Below, piece by piece: positions 43,128 to 52,755 of a stretch of DNA of 63,125 nucleotides (the stretch's first letter is position 1; the number at the start of each line of letters is the position of its first letter). A program made the translations under genes and the position numbers. The stretch is taken from the NCBI GenBank assembly GCA_043822785.1, contig JBDRBN010000026.1:1-63125 (forward strand). Direction: 5' to 3'. Origin of the DNA: Pseudomonadota bacterium (GTDB lineage: Bacteria; UBA10199; 2-02-FULL-44-16; JAAZCA01). Below the pieces are notes generated by a model, which was not told the origin of the DNA, ran no database searches, and was given only the letters and a program-made list of their open reading frames with translations.

Positions 43128-45749
43128 ATGAAGATACTTAAAACACATGCATGGCAGCTCTTGGGGATCATTGCCCTGCTCTTTGTTGTAGCTGGCTGCT
43201 CTGACGGCGAGCTTATGAGCAATGTAGGCCCCTCAATCACCCCGCCCGCACCGCTGGTCATCAGCTTCTTTGCTGATCCCACTACGATCAACTCGGGCCA
43301 GTCCACGACCATATCGTGGGAGGTGGCAGGAGCTGATACTGTGCAGATCACAGCTGTCGAGTCTGCCACAGGCACGCCTGTGAACTTCAACGTAGAAACC
43401 AGCGAGCTTTCAGGCACAGCGCCTGCAGTGCTTACTGCAACTACCGACTTTACGCTCACAGCCACCAAATCGACACAGAGCCTGGAAACCGAAGGAGAGC
43501 CTGCAGCGCAAATGACAAAGAGCGGCCAGATCCAGTTTGGCCCAGAAGGCGGTGGAGAAGGCGATGGATCAGCTCCCGCGCCAGAGCCTGCCATATCAAC
43601 CATATCCCAAACCATAACCGTAACCGTGATAGATGGCGGAAATCTTACCGCTGATATCGAAGCGGACAAGCCTTTGGTAGATGCAGGTGAGCAAACGGTG
43701 ATTCGCTGGACAGTATCACCCACCGAGAACGTTTCTGTACAGGTGGTGGCAGAAAACACTGGCGAGCAATTTGCCGTAACCGATCAGTGCGAAGGCTCTA
43801 TCACCGATATTCTTGGTAAGCCTCCGGTTGACCCAACACCTACAGTAGGTTGCGCAGTGGTGGCACCTGAGGTAAAGACCAACTATACCGTGACCGCCAC
43901 CGATAGCTTTGGCAATGAGGCAACCGCCTCTGCCATAGTGGATGTGGGCGAGTCTGATGTAACAGCCAACATCATGGCTGCTAAGGACGAAAGCTCTGCG
44001 CCCGAGGATAACCTCCTCCAGGTGGACTCGTTTAATAAGCCCGTGATTATATCCTGGAAGGCAGAGCCTTCTACAGCAAAGGTAACCATCACAGCATCAC
44101 CTTCTGTAACCGTTACCTCTGATGCGCCTTGCGAACTGCCGGTTGATGCCGAAAACGCAACCCAAGGCAGCACAAAGTGCCAGGTCTCTGGCGAGACCGA
44201 GTTCACGATAACAGCTACGGTCGGCTCAAAGTCCGATACTGATAAGGTAGCTATCGTAAGCGTTGGCGGCGCAGCAGGGCTTATCGTGGCCGACCAGTGG
44301 GCATTTGAAACCGAGGATGTAACGCTCGACATGAAGCTCACTGCCAAGTCCAACACATCCGCAGTAGCTAGAGTGCTTGTAAATAATAAGGATATCGAAT
44401 CAACCGCGCTTGACGCACTCAAGATAGGCCAGTTGGCTCAGGTATTAGTCAAAGATGTTAAGGCCCCACACGTTAAGGTGCAAATCCTTGACCAGAACGA
44501 CGAAGAGGTATTCAGCACGGATACAGTGCAAGTAGTAAACCTCGTAGTCAACGAACTGGCTGCTGATGAAGTGGCAATGACAAGCCTCATCTTCGACTCA
44601 TCCAACGGCAAGCGCTACTCCGGCGTAATGCTTGATGGATATCATGATGGAAACGGCAGGATATATAAGGATGGCGGCGCACATGAGTTTAATTTTGGAA
44701 AGGCTATCAAATCGATGTACGGCATGGATAAACTGTGGAACGATGCATTCTTTAACAACCTCAAGACCTATCCGGCCGTGGTTGCGCTAAAAGAAGGCAG
44801 CTCCACAGAAGTCTATGCAGGCGTAACCGGCGCGGTCATGCGCTCTAAGGACGGCGGCAATAAGTGGGAAAACATCATGGTTACCAGGCGCAGGGCGCTT
44901 GAGGATTATCCTGAAGGCGACACCGGCCATCCGACCTGCGGCCGCGCTGCAAACGGCGCACAGAAAACACAGGCGAACGGACCCGCCGAGTTCGTGGGCG
45001 ACTTTATCTCGCTCAACCAGATTTGCGATATCATTGCCCAAAAAGACGGCCGCGTGATAGTTGCCACTGACTTTGGCGTGATGGTGGAGAAGAACATAAA
45101 CGACAGCAATATTGCCTGGGTGGGCGTTCCCGCTGAAGGTGTGGATCCTGTAAAGCTTGGCGCCCTTACCTTCGGTCACGTGGTAAACGACCTGCTCGAA
45201 GTGGACGGTAATATCTACGCTGCCACAGACAAAAAGGTGTATGTAAGCGACTCAAGCCAAGGCGGAATCGGCTGGGCAGAATTTGGCGGCGGCGCATTGC
45301 CACCGCTTACAAACATCTGGACGCTTGCGTACGACGAGCGCAACCAGAAGATCTATGCCGGCACCGAAGATGGCCTGTACGCAACATCCAAAGATGCGGC
45401 TGATTGGGTGCCGCTTACGCTAACTGAACCCGTGATCTCTCTGGCCATTGATGCTTACTCGCCTCTTACAAAGATGACAATTCTAGCTGGCACGCCTAAC
45501 GGCGCACAGATCAGCCGTGATAGCGGCGCAACATGGCATGAGCTTGAACTCGAAGGCGGAAGCCAGCCGATAAGTGCCATGGCCATGCACGCAGAGCAAG
45601 ACGGCAACGTCATTCGCTACGGCATAGCCATGGGCTCGGATCAGGGCGAGCTGTTCCAGGAGATGGCAGTAGGTGCGCAGACCATTACTGAGGAACCTGA
45701 AACCGGTCTTGAACACTTCCATCTAATTCCTCAGATAGTTAAAAAATAA
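43128..45749 (+). CDS. Lipoprotein with Ig-like repeats and a BNR/sialidase-like beta-propeller region
   Basis: Lipobox LLFVVAGC. BNR motifs SKDGGNKW and SRDSGATW. Confidence 0.75.
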   Translation: MKILKTHAWQLLGIIALLFVVAGCSDGELMSNVGPSITPPAPLVISFFADPTTINSGQSTTISWEVAGADTVQITAVESATGTPVNFNVETSELSGTAPAVLTATTDFTLTATKSTQSLETEGEPAAQMTKSGQIQFGPEGGGEGDGSAPAPEPAISTISQTITVTVIDGGNLTADIEADKPLVDAGEQTVIRWTVSPTENVSVQVVAENTGEQFAVTDQCEGSITDILGKPPVDPTPTVGCAVVAPEVKTNYTVTATDSFGNEATASAIVDVGESDVTANIMAAKDESSAPEDNLLQVDSFNKPVIISWKAEPSTAKVTITASPSVTVTSDAPCELPVDAENATQGSTKCQVSGETEFTITATVGSKSDTDKVAIVSVGGAAGLIVADQWAFETEDVTLDMKLTAKSNTSAVARVLVNNKDIESTALDALKIGQLAQVLVKDVKAPHVKVQILDQNDEEVFSTDTVQVVNLVVNELAADEVAMTSLIFDSSNGKRYSGVMLDGYHDGNGRIYKDGGAHEFNFGKAIKSMYGMDKLWNDAFFNNLKTYPAVVALKEGSSTEVYAGVTGAVMRSKDGGNKWENIMVTRRRALEDYPEGDTGHPTCGRAANGAQKTQANGPAEFVGDFISLNQICDIIAQKDGRVIVATDFGVMVEKNINDSNIAWVGVPAEGVDPVKLGALTFGHVVNDLLEVDGNIYAATDKKVYVSDSSQGGIGWAEFGGGALPPLTNIWTLAYDERNQKIYAGTEDGLYATSKDAADWVPLTLTEPVISLAIDAYSPLTKMTILAGTPNGAQISRDSGATWHELELEGGSQPISAMAMHAEQDGNVIRYGIAMGSDQGELFQEMAVGAQTITEEPETGLEHFHLIPQIVKK

Positions 45750-45781
45750 GACTAAGAAAGGGCCCAAAAGGGGAAACCTAA

Positions 45782-45815
45782 ACACCCTGCACCACATACG
45801 GTGCAGGGTGTTTTT
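45782..45815 (+). terminator. Intrinsic terminator
   Basis: acaccctgcac-N8-gtgcagggtgt followed by ttttt. Confidence 0.8.
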
Positions 45816-45820
45816 ACTTT

Positions 45821-45902
45821 GTCATTGCGAGCCCCCAACGATCTTTGGGGGCGAAGCAATCCCATGAAATTAAGGAGATTGCTTCGCTCCGCTCGCAATG
45901 AC
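45821..45902. repeat. Hairpin repeat doublet
   Basis: gtcattgcgagcccccaacgatctttgggggcgaagcaatccc, a spacer, then ggagattgcttcgctccgctcgcaatgac. Confidence 0.85.
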
Positions 45903-46049
45903 AGCCTTTATCTTATCAACCACCTTCTGCACCTCCGCATCCTTCGCCATATTCGCCAACGTGTTGATTGCAATGTTGACATTTACAATCAACATGGTTT
46001 TCGCATTTTTTTATGGCATTTTGTACATCTGTCGGATAGTCCTTCTCCC

Positions 46050-46457
46050 ATGAAAAAATCATACATAGCTATAGGATTAACGGTTTTTGTGGCGGCAGCA
46101 GCCTTCATATTTCTTGCCTCCTCATCACAGGCCGGATCAAGAAAGCCTGCAAAGGATGCATCATTTGAGGGCTCGCCAGCATGGGAGAAGTTGGATCTAA
46201 GAATGCGGCAGGCGTGGAAAGAAGCTACATCAAAAGGGGGCGATAAGGATCAGGTGCTCGAGTGCATCATGAAGGCAAAGAACCGACTTAGCGAAGATGA
46301 CAAGGCAGCACTTAGTGCAGCTGGTTTTCAGGGCCGAACCTTTGCAGGCCGCATTGTAACAGGCAGCCTTAAGGCAGACGATGTGCCTGATGTTGCAAGG
46401 CTGCCATTTATTGTGGCAATGGAGTTGGCTGTGCCGATGACGTTAAAAAAACAGTAA
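46050..46457 (+). CDS. Small secreted protein resembling the N-terminal pro-region of the adjacent S8 protease
   Basis: Signal peptide MKKSYIAIGLTVFVAAAAFIFLASSSQA. The ...DVPDVARLPFIVAMELAVPMTL segment parallels ...GLGEISQLPEVTALEASKPMRL in the protease. The 5' part of the track ORF is repeat-derived. Confidence 0.6.
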   Translation: MKKSYIAIGLTVFVAAAAFIFLASSSQAGSRKPAKDASFEGSPAWEKLDLRMRQAWKEATSKGGDKDQVLECIMKAKNRLSEDDKAALSAAGFQGRTFAGRIVTGSLKADDVPDVARLPFIVAMELAVPMTLKKQ

Positions 46458-46504
46458 TCAGTGACCAGTGATCAGTTATCAGTGATCAGAAAAAGCTAGA
46501 AGAT

Positions 46505-46608
46505 GTCATTGCGACGGCGTAGCCTGAAGCAATCTCCGTAATTTCTGATTCTTAGGAGATTGCTTCAGGCTACGCCTTCGCAATGACAAAAACGGAGTTC
46601 CGCGATGA
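46505..46608. repeat. Hairpin repeat doublet plus a truncated third unit
   Basis: gtcattgcgacggcgtagcctgaagcaatctcc, a spacer, ggagattgcttcaggctacgccttcgcaatgac, then ggagttccgcgatgac. Confidence 0.85.
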
Positions 46609-46630
46609 CAAATCAAGGAGAATCTAAGAT

Positions 46631-49006
46631 ATGGAAAAACATTACTCCCTTTTCTCTAAGATCCTAATCCTTACGTTCCTATTCGGCGTTTTTGTTCTTT
46701 TACCAAAATCTGCATCCACAGACATTCCCTCGGGCGCAGACAAAATGGATTTACCGCTTCGCATGCTCATGGACAGGCCTACTGTTGCAAAGGCCATGCT
46801 GGGCAAGGCCATCACAGTGCAAGACGGCGTGGAGCTTGTGGATGTGCTCATTAAGTCATCTGACACATGGCAAACAGAACAATCGGTGAAAATGGCCGGC
46901 GGATGGGTGCGCTCTACAATCAAAAACATCATGACCGCTTATGTACCAGTGGATGGATTGGGCGAGATATCACAACTGCCAGAAGTCACAGCGCTTGAGG
47001 CATCAAAGCCCATGCGCCTTCTTATGGATACAGCCCGCTCTGCAAACAATACCGACGTAGTGAGCGTGCAAAACAATGGCTATAATGGCGAAAATGTCGT
47101 GGTGGGCGCAATTGACTCGGGCCTCGACTACTCGCGTTCTGACTTTGATGACCCTGCAGGCGGAACCAGGGTGCAGTATTTGCGCTTTCAGAGCGTGAGC
47201 AGCGGAAGCGTATCAACAACAGAGTGCGCAAAAGACATGATAGACGGTGGCACATGCTCCATAAGCGCAAGCAATGACTCGGCCATAAGCCATGGCACGC
47301 ACGTCACAGGCATAGCTGCTGGAAGCGACTCCACATATACAGGAGTGGCGTCCGCAGCAGACATCATGCTCGTGCGCAATGACTTTGACGACGATGTAAC
47401 CGAGGGCGGCGCAACCAGCGGCACGTTCAGCGGCGGTGTGATCGACGGAGTGGTAGAGATATTTGAGAAAGCCGACATACTGGATAAACCTGCTATCATA
47501 AACATCTCCCAGGGCACTAACATCGGCGCGCACGATGACACCTCTCTTATGGAGCAGGCGTTAAACGATGCGGTTGCAGGTGGTTACTCGAGCACTGGCA
47601 AAGCCTATGGCCGCATCATAGCAGCTGCTGCCGGCAATGAAGAGGTGGTCGATTCCTTGTTGCAAGCATTGGGCATTGGCGCATTTATCGGTGGTGTGCA
47701 CGCAGAGGTAAACGTACCTGATGGTTCAAGCCACGCATGGCGCCTATGGCTAATAGGCTCAACTTCTCCAGGCCGCACGCCTCTTGTGATCGATTCCTGG
47801 TTTGGCAAAGGCCAGTCAGGTACATGCAAGGTAGCTGCAAACGCTTACCAGTATGGCGATGTATTTGGTGCCAATTTTGGCGCACCAGCTGGTGCAACCA
47901 CAGACAGCGCAAGAGCATCCATCAGTGATACTGCGCTAAGCAGCGATACCTCTGCTTCAGGTCAGGACACAAATGCTGCAGTCGTTCTGGCGACTGACTC
48001 ATCAGATAGTCAAAACGAGCGGCCTCGCGCCTTATTCACCTATGGTCCGGCCAGCGGCACATCGTGGGATAAGATAGCCATCATAAAGAGCGATGGCACT
48101 ACCAACAATAATTCATACTATCTTGACGTGATAGTTCGTGCTGTTGGCGGTACGTGCAGCGGTGATATCTGGATCGAAGGTGGCGGTACCTATGTAAATT
48201 TCATGGGAGGAATCGACTCTGGCGCATATGACCTTGCAAACGGAGCCAGCGGCAATGGATATGTCATGCAAAATGGCGATGGCAACCAAACAGTAACCCT
48301 TCCAGGTACAGCATCTGGCGTGATAGCTGTGGGCGCTTACTTACAAACAAAACCTGAGTCAGGTTGTCCTAGCCAATCGTGCTGGACCGCAAGCAACAGC
48401 ACGCAATATGACGCTACAGATGTTACTCAACCAGCAGACGCGCAAATAAACGGCGGCACCGTGCAAAATCGCTGCCCGTTCTCAAGCATGGGCCCGCCTG
48501 CGTATGCGTATTCTGGAAGAAAGCCCGACGTGATGGCGCCTGGCGATCCAATCATCTCGACTCTTGCTACAGGGTACAGCCCTGCTGCTGCGGTTTTGGT
48601 CAACAGCACGCACTTTAAGAACCAGGGTACCTCTCAGGCCAGCCCGCACATCGCTGGCATCGTGGCTTTGCTCTTGCAAAAGAACAACACGCTAACAGCT
48701 GCACAGGCAAAAGCAGCTCTCACTGGTAGCGCATCTCTCGTATCCAACCCTAATGACGAAGTGGGTTATGGCAATGCAAATGCGCCTGGCGCGATGGCAG
48801 CAGTGTCTTCTAATACCTCCGGATACAGCGGCACAGGTGATCTTAAGCAATCCGATCTAAACGGCGGTGGCGGTGGTGGTGGCAGCTCAAGCGGAAGTTG
48901 CGGAGGATCCATAGTGCCTGCTTCTGTTACATCGGTGAGTTCGATTGCTATAATAGCTATGTTGCCGCTTGTGCTTTTTGCAGTAAGAAGGAGAATGAGA
49001 AAATAA
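46631..49006 (+). CDS. Subtilisin-like S8 serine protease with a C-terminal sorting-type tail
   Basis: Catalytic triad contexts VVGAIDSGLD, HGTHVTGIAAG and GTSQASPHIAG. C-terminus GGGGGGSSSGSCGGS-(TM)-RRRMRK. Confidence 0.85.
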   Translation: MEKHYSLFSKILILTFLFGVFVLLPKSASTDIPSGADKMDLPLRMLMDRPTVAKAMLGKAITVQDGVELVDVLIKSSDTWQTEQSVKMAGGWVRSTIKNIMTAYVPVDGLGEISQLPEVTALEASKPMRLLMDTARSANNTDVVSVQNNGYNGENVVVGAIDSGLDYSRSDFDDPAGGTRVQYLRFQSVSSGSVSTTECAKDMIDGGTCSISASNDSAISHGTHVTGIAAGSDSTYTGVASAADIMLVRNDFDDDVTEGGATSGTFSGGVIDGVVEIFEKADILDKPAIINISQGTNIGAHDDTSLMEQALNDAVAGGYSSTGKAYGRIIAAAAGNEEVVDSLLQALGIGAFIGGVHAEVNVPDGSSHAWRLWLIGSTSPGRTPLVIDSWFGKGQSGTCKVAANAYQYGDVFGANFGAPAGATTDSARASISDTALSSDTSASGQDTNAAVVLATDSSDSQNERPRALFTYGPASGTSWDKIAIIKSDGTTNNNSYYLDVIVRAVGGTCSGDIWIEGGGTYVNFMGGIDSGAYDLANGASGNGYVMQNGDGNQTVTLPGTASGVIAVGAYLQTKPESGCPSQSCWTASNSTQYDATDVTQPADAQINGGTVQNRCPFSSMGPPAYAYSGRKPDVMAPGDPIISTLATGYSPAAAVLVNSTHFKNQGTSQASPHIAGIVALLLQKNNTLTAAQAKAALTGSASLVSNPNDEVGYGNANAPGAMAAVSSNTSGYSGTGDLKQSDLNGGGGGGGSSSGSCGGSIVPASVTSVSSIAIIAMLPLVLFAVRRRMRK

Positions 49007-49013
49007 TTAGGAG

Positions 49014-49093
49014 TGTCATTGCGAGGGCAAAGCCCGAAGCAATCTCCCCTATGTAAGGGGATCGCTACGCCCGCTATCGCGGGCTCGCGATGA
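49014..49093. repeat. Hairpin repeat doublet (type A plus type B)
   Basis: gtcattgcgagggcaaagcccgaagcaatctcc, a spacer, then gggatcgctacgcccgctatcgcgggctcgcgatgac. Confidence 0.85.
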
Positions 49094-49097
49094 CAAT

Positions 49098-51143
49098 ATG
49101 ACAAAATTTCCAAAACAACTCCTTCGCATATTTGTAATCGCCATATTTGCAACCGCGGTTGCCTGGGGCGCATCGCATCTTAAAGCTGCGCGCGACCTTG
49201 AAGAGATGACCTTTGACATAAGAGTGCTCGCATTTTCTCCAGAAACAAAGCCATCTCCTGATATCGTCATGATCTGGCTTGATGAAGCTACGATGAAAGG
49301 GCTGCCCTATCGCACACCTATCCCTCGCGATTTTTTGGCAACACTTCATTCAAACATTCTAAAAGCAAAGCCCTGGCTCATAGCATATGATATCTTCTTT
49401 AAGGATCCTTCTTTTCCAAAAGCAGATAGCGAATTTGCAAAAGCTCTGGAAATGGGCGCTGCATACGGCATTGTTCCAAGGCGGCCTGATGGAGTTGTGG
49501 ATATGCCCCTTGCTTTGTTTATGGAGGCGCTGGCTGGAGTTGGGCTCGCAGATCTTCCGTTTAACCCCTTTGATGCAACAGTGCGAATGGCAAAGCTTGG
49601 CTTTGATACAGACAGGGGTGAGATGGATTCGTTTGCTGCCATGATCTTCAAAGCCGCAACTGGCATCGATGCAGCCACATCTATAAAAGAACAAAATAAC
49701 GCACCAGGATGGGGCCCGCTTAAAACCACCCCATATACAGGTAAAGATAAGCTCATCATCCGGTTTGCAGGTCCTCCTGGTAAGATTGGAGATCCAAACA
49801 ACGCTTTTAAAACATACTCTGCATCGTTAGTGAAAAAAGGGCTCATTCCTGATGCATGGCTTAAGGACAAGATCGTCATGGTGGGCGCATCATACCAAGA
49901 TCTGAAAGACGCCTATCTCACGCCATATTATGCAAAGGTTACAAATTATGCCCGCATGCCTGGCGTTGAAATCCATGCAAATGTTTTATCGAGCCTTATC
50001 ACAAATCAGCTCTATTACACGCTTGCGCCTTGGCAGGGTTGGGCATGGAGCTTTGTCATTGCACTTATCGTATCTATAGCTGTTGTGCTTGCCTCACCAT
50101 GGCGAGCCACGTTTGCATATATTCTAACAGTGGCAGCAGCATCTGTTGCTTGTATTCTTATGTTTCGCTTAAGCGCGGTGACCATACCCATGATCTCGCC
50201 TTTGATAGGTGCTACCGCGTCGTTTGGCGCAGGGCTTGGTTGGCGCGCGCTCACCGAAGGCAAACAAAAGCGTTTTATAAAGAGCGCGTTCGCCAAATAC
50301 GTGCCACATGCGGTGGTTGAGCGCATGACAGAAAACCCACAGCTTTTAAAACTCGGTGGCGAGACCCGCCAGATAACAAGCTTGTTCACTGATATTGCCT
50401 CGTTTACCACCATATCAGAGCGCATGGATCCAGAGGAGCTTGTGGCGTTTCTGAATGATTATCTGGGAAAAATGAACGAGGTGCTCTTTAGCTATGGCGC
50501 CACTTTGGACAAGTACGAAGGAGATGCGATCATCGCGTTCTTCAATGCGCCTCTTGATGTAGCTAATCACGAACTCTGCGCTGTAAAGGCAGCCTTGGGA
50601 ATTAAGCGCGCAAGTGCAGAGATAACAAAACAGTGGGGCGAGCGATGCGGCAGGGATATCATAACGCGTGCAGGTATAAACTCGGGATCAGCTGTTGTGG
50701 GCAACATGGGATCTTTGGGCCGTTTTGATTACACTGCAATAGGAGATACCATAAATCTGGCAAGTCGGCTGGAAGGGGCTAACAAGTTTTATAATACCAC
50801 TATAATGGCAAGCGAGCAGACTGTATCAAGGCTTGGCGATGAGATAATGGTTCGACCTTTGGATAAGGTACGCGTAAGAGGAAAGACAAAGCCGATTTTT
50901 CTATATGAAATTTTCGGAGTCAGCGATGAAGTAGAAGCTAAAGTTATAAGCGAGCTCGTCTCTCCTTATAAAAAGGCTTTTGAGCTTTTTGAAAAGAGAA
51001 GGGCTGAAGATGCAAAGAGTCTTCTTTCAAAAATCCTAGAGAACTTTGCAAACGACGGCCCTTCACAAAAACTCATAGCGAGGTGCGAACGATTGATAAA
51101 GGAACCTGAGTGGGATTTGGTTACGGATTTGGAAACAAAGTAA
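49098..51143 (+). CDS. CHASE2-domain class III adenylate/guanylate cyclase
   Basis: N-terminal TM and periplasmic region, a TM cluster, then the cyclase domain (ITSLFTDIASFTTISE...YEGDAIIAFFNAP). Confidence 0.8.
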   Translation: MTKFPKQLLRIFVIAIFATAVAWGASHLKAARDLEEMTFDIRVLAFSPETKPSPDIVMIWLDEATMKGLPYRTPIPRDFLATLHSNILKAKPWLIAYDIFFKDPSFPKADSEFAKALEMGAAYGIVPRRPDGVVDMPLALFMEALAGVGLADLPFNPFDATVRMAKLGFDTDRGEMDSFAAMIFKAATGIDAATSIKEQNNAPGWGPLKTTPYTGKDKLIIRFAGPPGKIGDPNNAFKTYSASLVKKGLIPDAWLKDKIVMVGASYQDLKDAYLTPYYAKVTNYARMPGVEIHANVLSSLITNQLYYTLAPWQGWAWSFVIALIVSIAVVLASPWRATFAYILTVAAASVACILMFRLSAVTIPMISPLIGATASFGAGLGWRALTEGKQKRFIKSAFAKYVPHAVVERMTENPQLLKLGGETRQITSLFTDIASFTTISERMDPEELVAFLNDYLGKMNEVLFSYGATLDKYEGDAIIAFFNAPLDVANHELCAVKAALGIKRASAEITKQWGERCGRDIITRAGINSGSAVVGNMGSLGRFDYTAIGDTINLASRLEGANKFYNTTIMASEQTVSRLGDEIMVRPLDKVRVRGKTKPIFLYEIFGVSDEVEAKVISELVSPYKKAFELFEKRRAEDAKSLLSKILENFANDGPSQKLIARCERLIKEPEWDLVTDLETK

Positions 51144-51151
51144 CACATATT

Positions 51152-51234
51152 GTCATCGCGAGCCTGCGATAGCAGGTGTGGCGATCTCCGGATTTTCAGG
51201 AGATTGCTTCGCCCCCAAATGGGCTCGCAATGAC
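51152..51234. repeat. Hairpin repeat doublet
   Basis: gtcatcgcgagcctgcgatagcaggtgtggcgatctcc, a spacer, then ggagattgcttcgcccccaaatgggctcgcaatgac. Confidence 0.85.
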
Positions 51235-51254
51235 ACCTTTCAGGAGGTCAGGTT

Positions 51255-52196
51255 ATGAAAAAACTTACACTCGTTTTAATAGCTCTCGTATCACTGCTTA
51301 TTCCGCTACACGTTGGTGCCTCCGGCATTCTTCTCGACGCAGAGGGAAAAGTGGCAATAACTATTGCTGGCAAATCATCTGTTAACGCGGTTTCTGGCCT
51401 TGAGCTTCCTGATGGAAGCGTCATCGATGTAGGCAATGGGGCAAAGGCATCGGTGCTCTTGGAAAGCGGAGCCGTTGACGAGATCGCCTCTAAAACAAAA
51501 TACACTGTTGGCGCCACTAAGGCCTCATCAAAGCGCACTGATTTTGGAAACGGCATTACTCTAGCCATGCGCGAGCTCGCCGCATCTGGAGAAGGTGCGG
51601 CAGTACACGGCATGGTAAAAAAGGCTGAAGGCCCAAAAGATATGCACATCAATTTTGGCGCGCTTGGCGGTACAGGGTTTAGAGGCACTTATCCTGTTGA
51701 TACAACTGTAAGGTTAAAAAACAACATTGAGTTCAGATGGAGCAGGCCGGTCGACTATTCAAATCCTCTCATCATAATAGACGATGCGCAAAAGAGACAT
51801 CTTTCAGAATCGCCCATCAAAGCAGGGGCTTCGCTCATCTTAACATCACCTGGTGCGCTGCGCTTAACAAAAGGAAATGTATACAGCTGGTATCTTGCCA
51901 CAAAAGAGGGAGAAAGCATAAGAGGTAAGACTACTAGGTATAAATTTACAACGCTCTCAGCTGCTGATGAAAAAACTTTGGATATAGATATAGCTAAAGT
52001 GAACGCCCTCAGCATGAGCTCTGCAGGAAAGGATCTTCTCGTCGCACAGTTTTATTTTCAACGCGGACTAATAGATGACATGGTAAAAACTCTTTTACCA
52101 CTATATCAAAAGCAGCCCAGCCCATTTGTAAAACAATTGCTCTTTCTTGGATATTCTAGAATGGGTAATGTGGAGGAGATGGAGAAGTACAGATAA
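51255..52196 (+). CDS. Secreted FecR-like protein, probable partner of the CHASE2 cyclase
   Basis: Signal peptide MKKLTLVLIALVSLLIPLHVGA. GKVAITIAGKSS...LPDGSVIDVGNGAKASV resembles a FecR-domain pattern. Confidence 0.55.
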   Translation: MKKLTLVLIALVSLLIPLHVGASGILLDAEGKVAITIAGKSSVNAVSGLELPDGSVIDVGNGAKASVLLESGAVDEIASKTKYTVGATKASSKRTDFGNGITLAMRELAASGEGAAVHGMVKKAEGPKDMHINFGALGGTGFRGTYPVDTTVRLKNNIEFRWSRPVDYSNPLIIIDDAQKRHLSESPIKAGASLILTSPGALRLTKGNVYSWYLATKEGESIRGKTTRYKFTTLSAADEKTLDIDIAKVNALSMSSAGKDLLVAQFYFQRGLIDDMVKTLLPLYQKQPSPFVKQLLFLGYSRMGNVEEMEKYR

Positions 52197-52217
52197 GCGA
52201 GAAACGTTACACAAGCT

Positions 52218-52295
52218 GTCATTGCGAGGGCGTAGCCCGAAGCAATCTCCAGCATACATTTTTTAAGGGGATTGCTTCGCTTTGCTCGCAATGAC
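52218..52295. repeat. Hairpin repeat doublet
   Basis: gtcattgcgagggcgtagcccgaagcaatctcc, a spacer, then gggattgcttcgctttgctcgcaatgac. Confidence 0.85.
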
Positions 52296-52311
52296 AGTTA
52301 CGTTGCTGGTA

Positions 52312-52755
52312 TTATCGTGAATCAGTTGTTCTTGTTTCTTTCTCAAAATCGCTTTCGCGTTTTTTGGTAAGCATGTGTTCTATCTTTCTTATAAGAGAAC
52401 GAAGGTGAAAGGGCTTTGATACATAATCATCTGCACCATGGGTCAGACCCTCGATGCGATCAGCCTGGGCATCTCGAGCAGATACAATGAGTATTAATAT
52501 GTCTTTGGTTTTAGAATCTGCCTTGAGCTTATTGCACACCTCAATGCCTGATACTTTGGGCATCATGATATCCAAAATTATAAGATCAGGCTTGGCGTTT
52601 TTTATGGATTTTAAGGCTTCATCAGCAGAATAGGCGCTATCTACGTCGTAACCCTCTTTGGAGAGGAGTTTTCCTAGGACCGCATGGATCTCGGGCTCGT
52701 CATCAACAACCAAGACTCGAGATGATTTGTCTTTTATCTGCATGATATTACTCAC
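52312..52755 (-). CDS. Stand-alone CheY-like response regulator receiver
   Basis: RVLVVDDEPE, DLIILDIMMP and DDYVSKPF receiver motifs. No output domain. Confidence 0.85.
   Translation of the reverse strand: MSNIMQIKDKSSRVLVVDDEPEIHAVLGKLLSKEGYDVDSAYSADEALKSIKNAKPDLIILDIMMPKVSGIEVCNKLKADSKTKDILILIVSARDAQADRIEGLTHGADDYVSKPFHLRSLIRKIEHMLTKKRESDFEKETRTTDSR

Noticed and set aside
43109-43759. 216-aa minus-strand ORF, plus 43883-44422 and 44787-45179
   Set aside because: They are antisense to the 873-aa lipoprotein gene, which has a signal peptide and BNR motifs. Their Ser/Val/Ala-rich composition is characteristic of shadow frames.
49346-50425. Minus-strand ORFs 49346-49879, 49359-49694 and 50015-50425 inside the cyclase gene
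   Set aside because: They are antisense to a CDS with clear CHASE2/TM/cyclase organisation.
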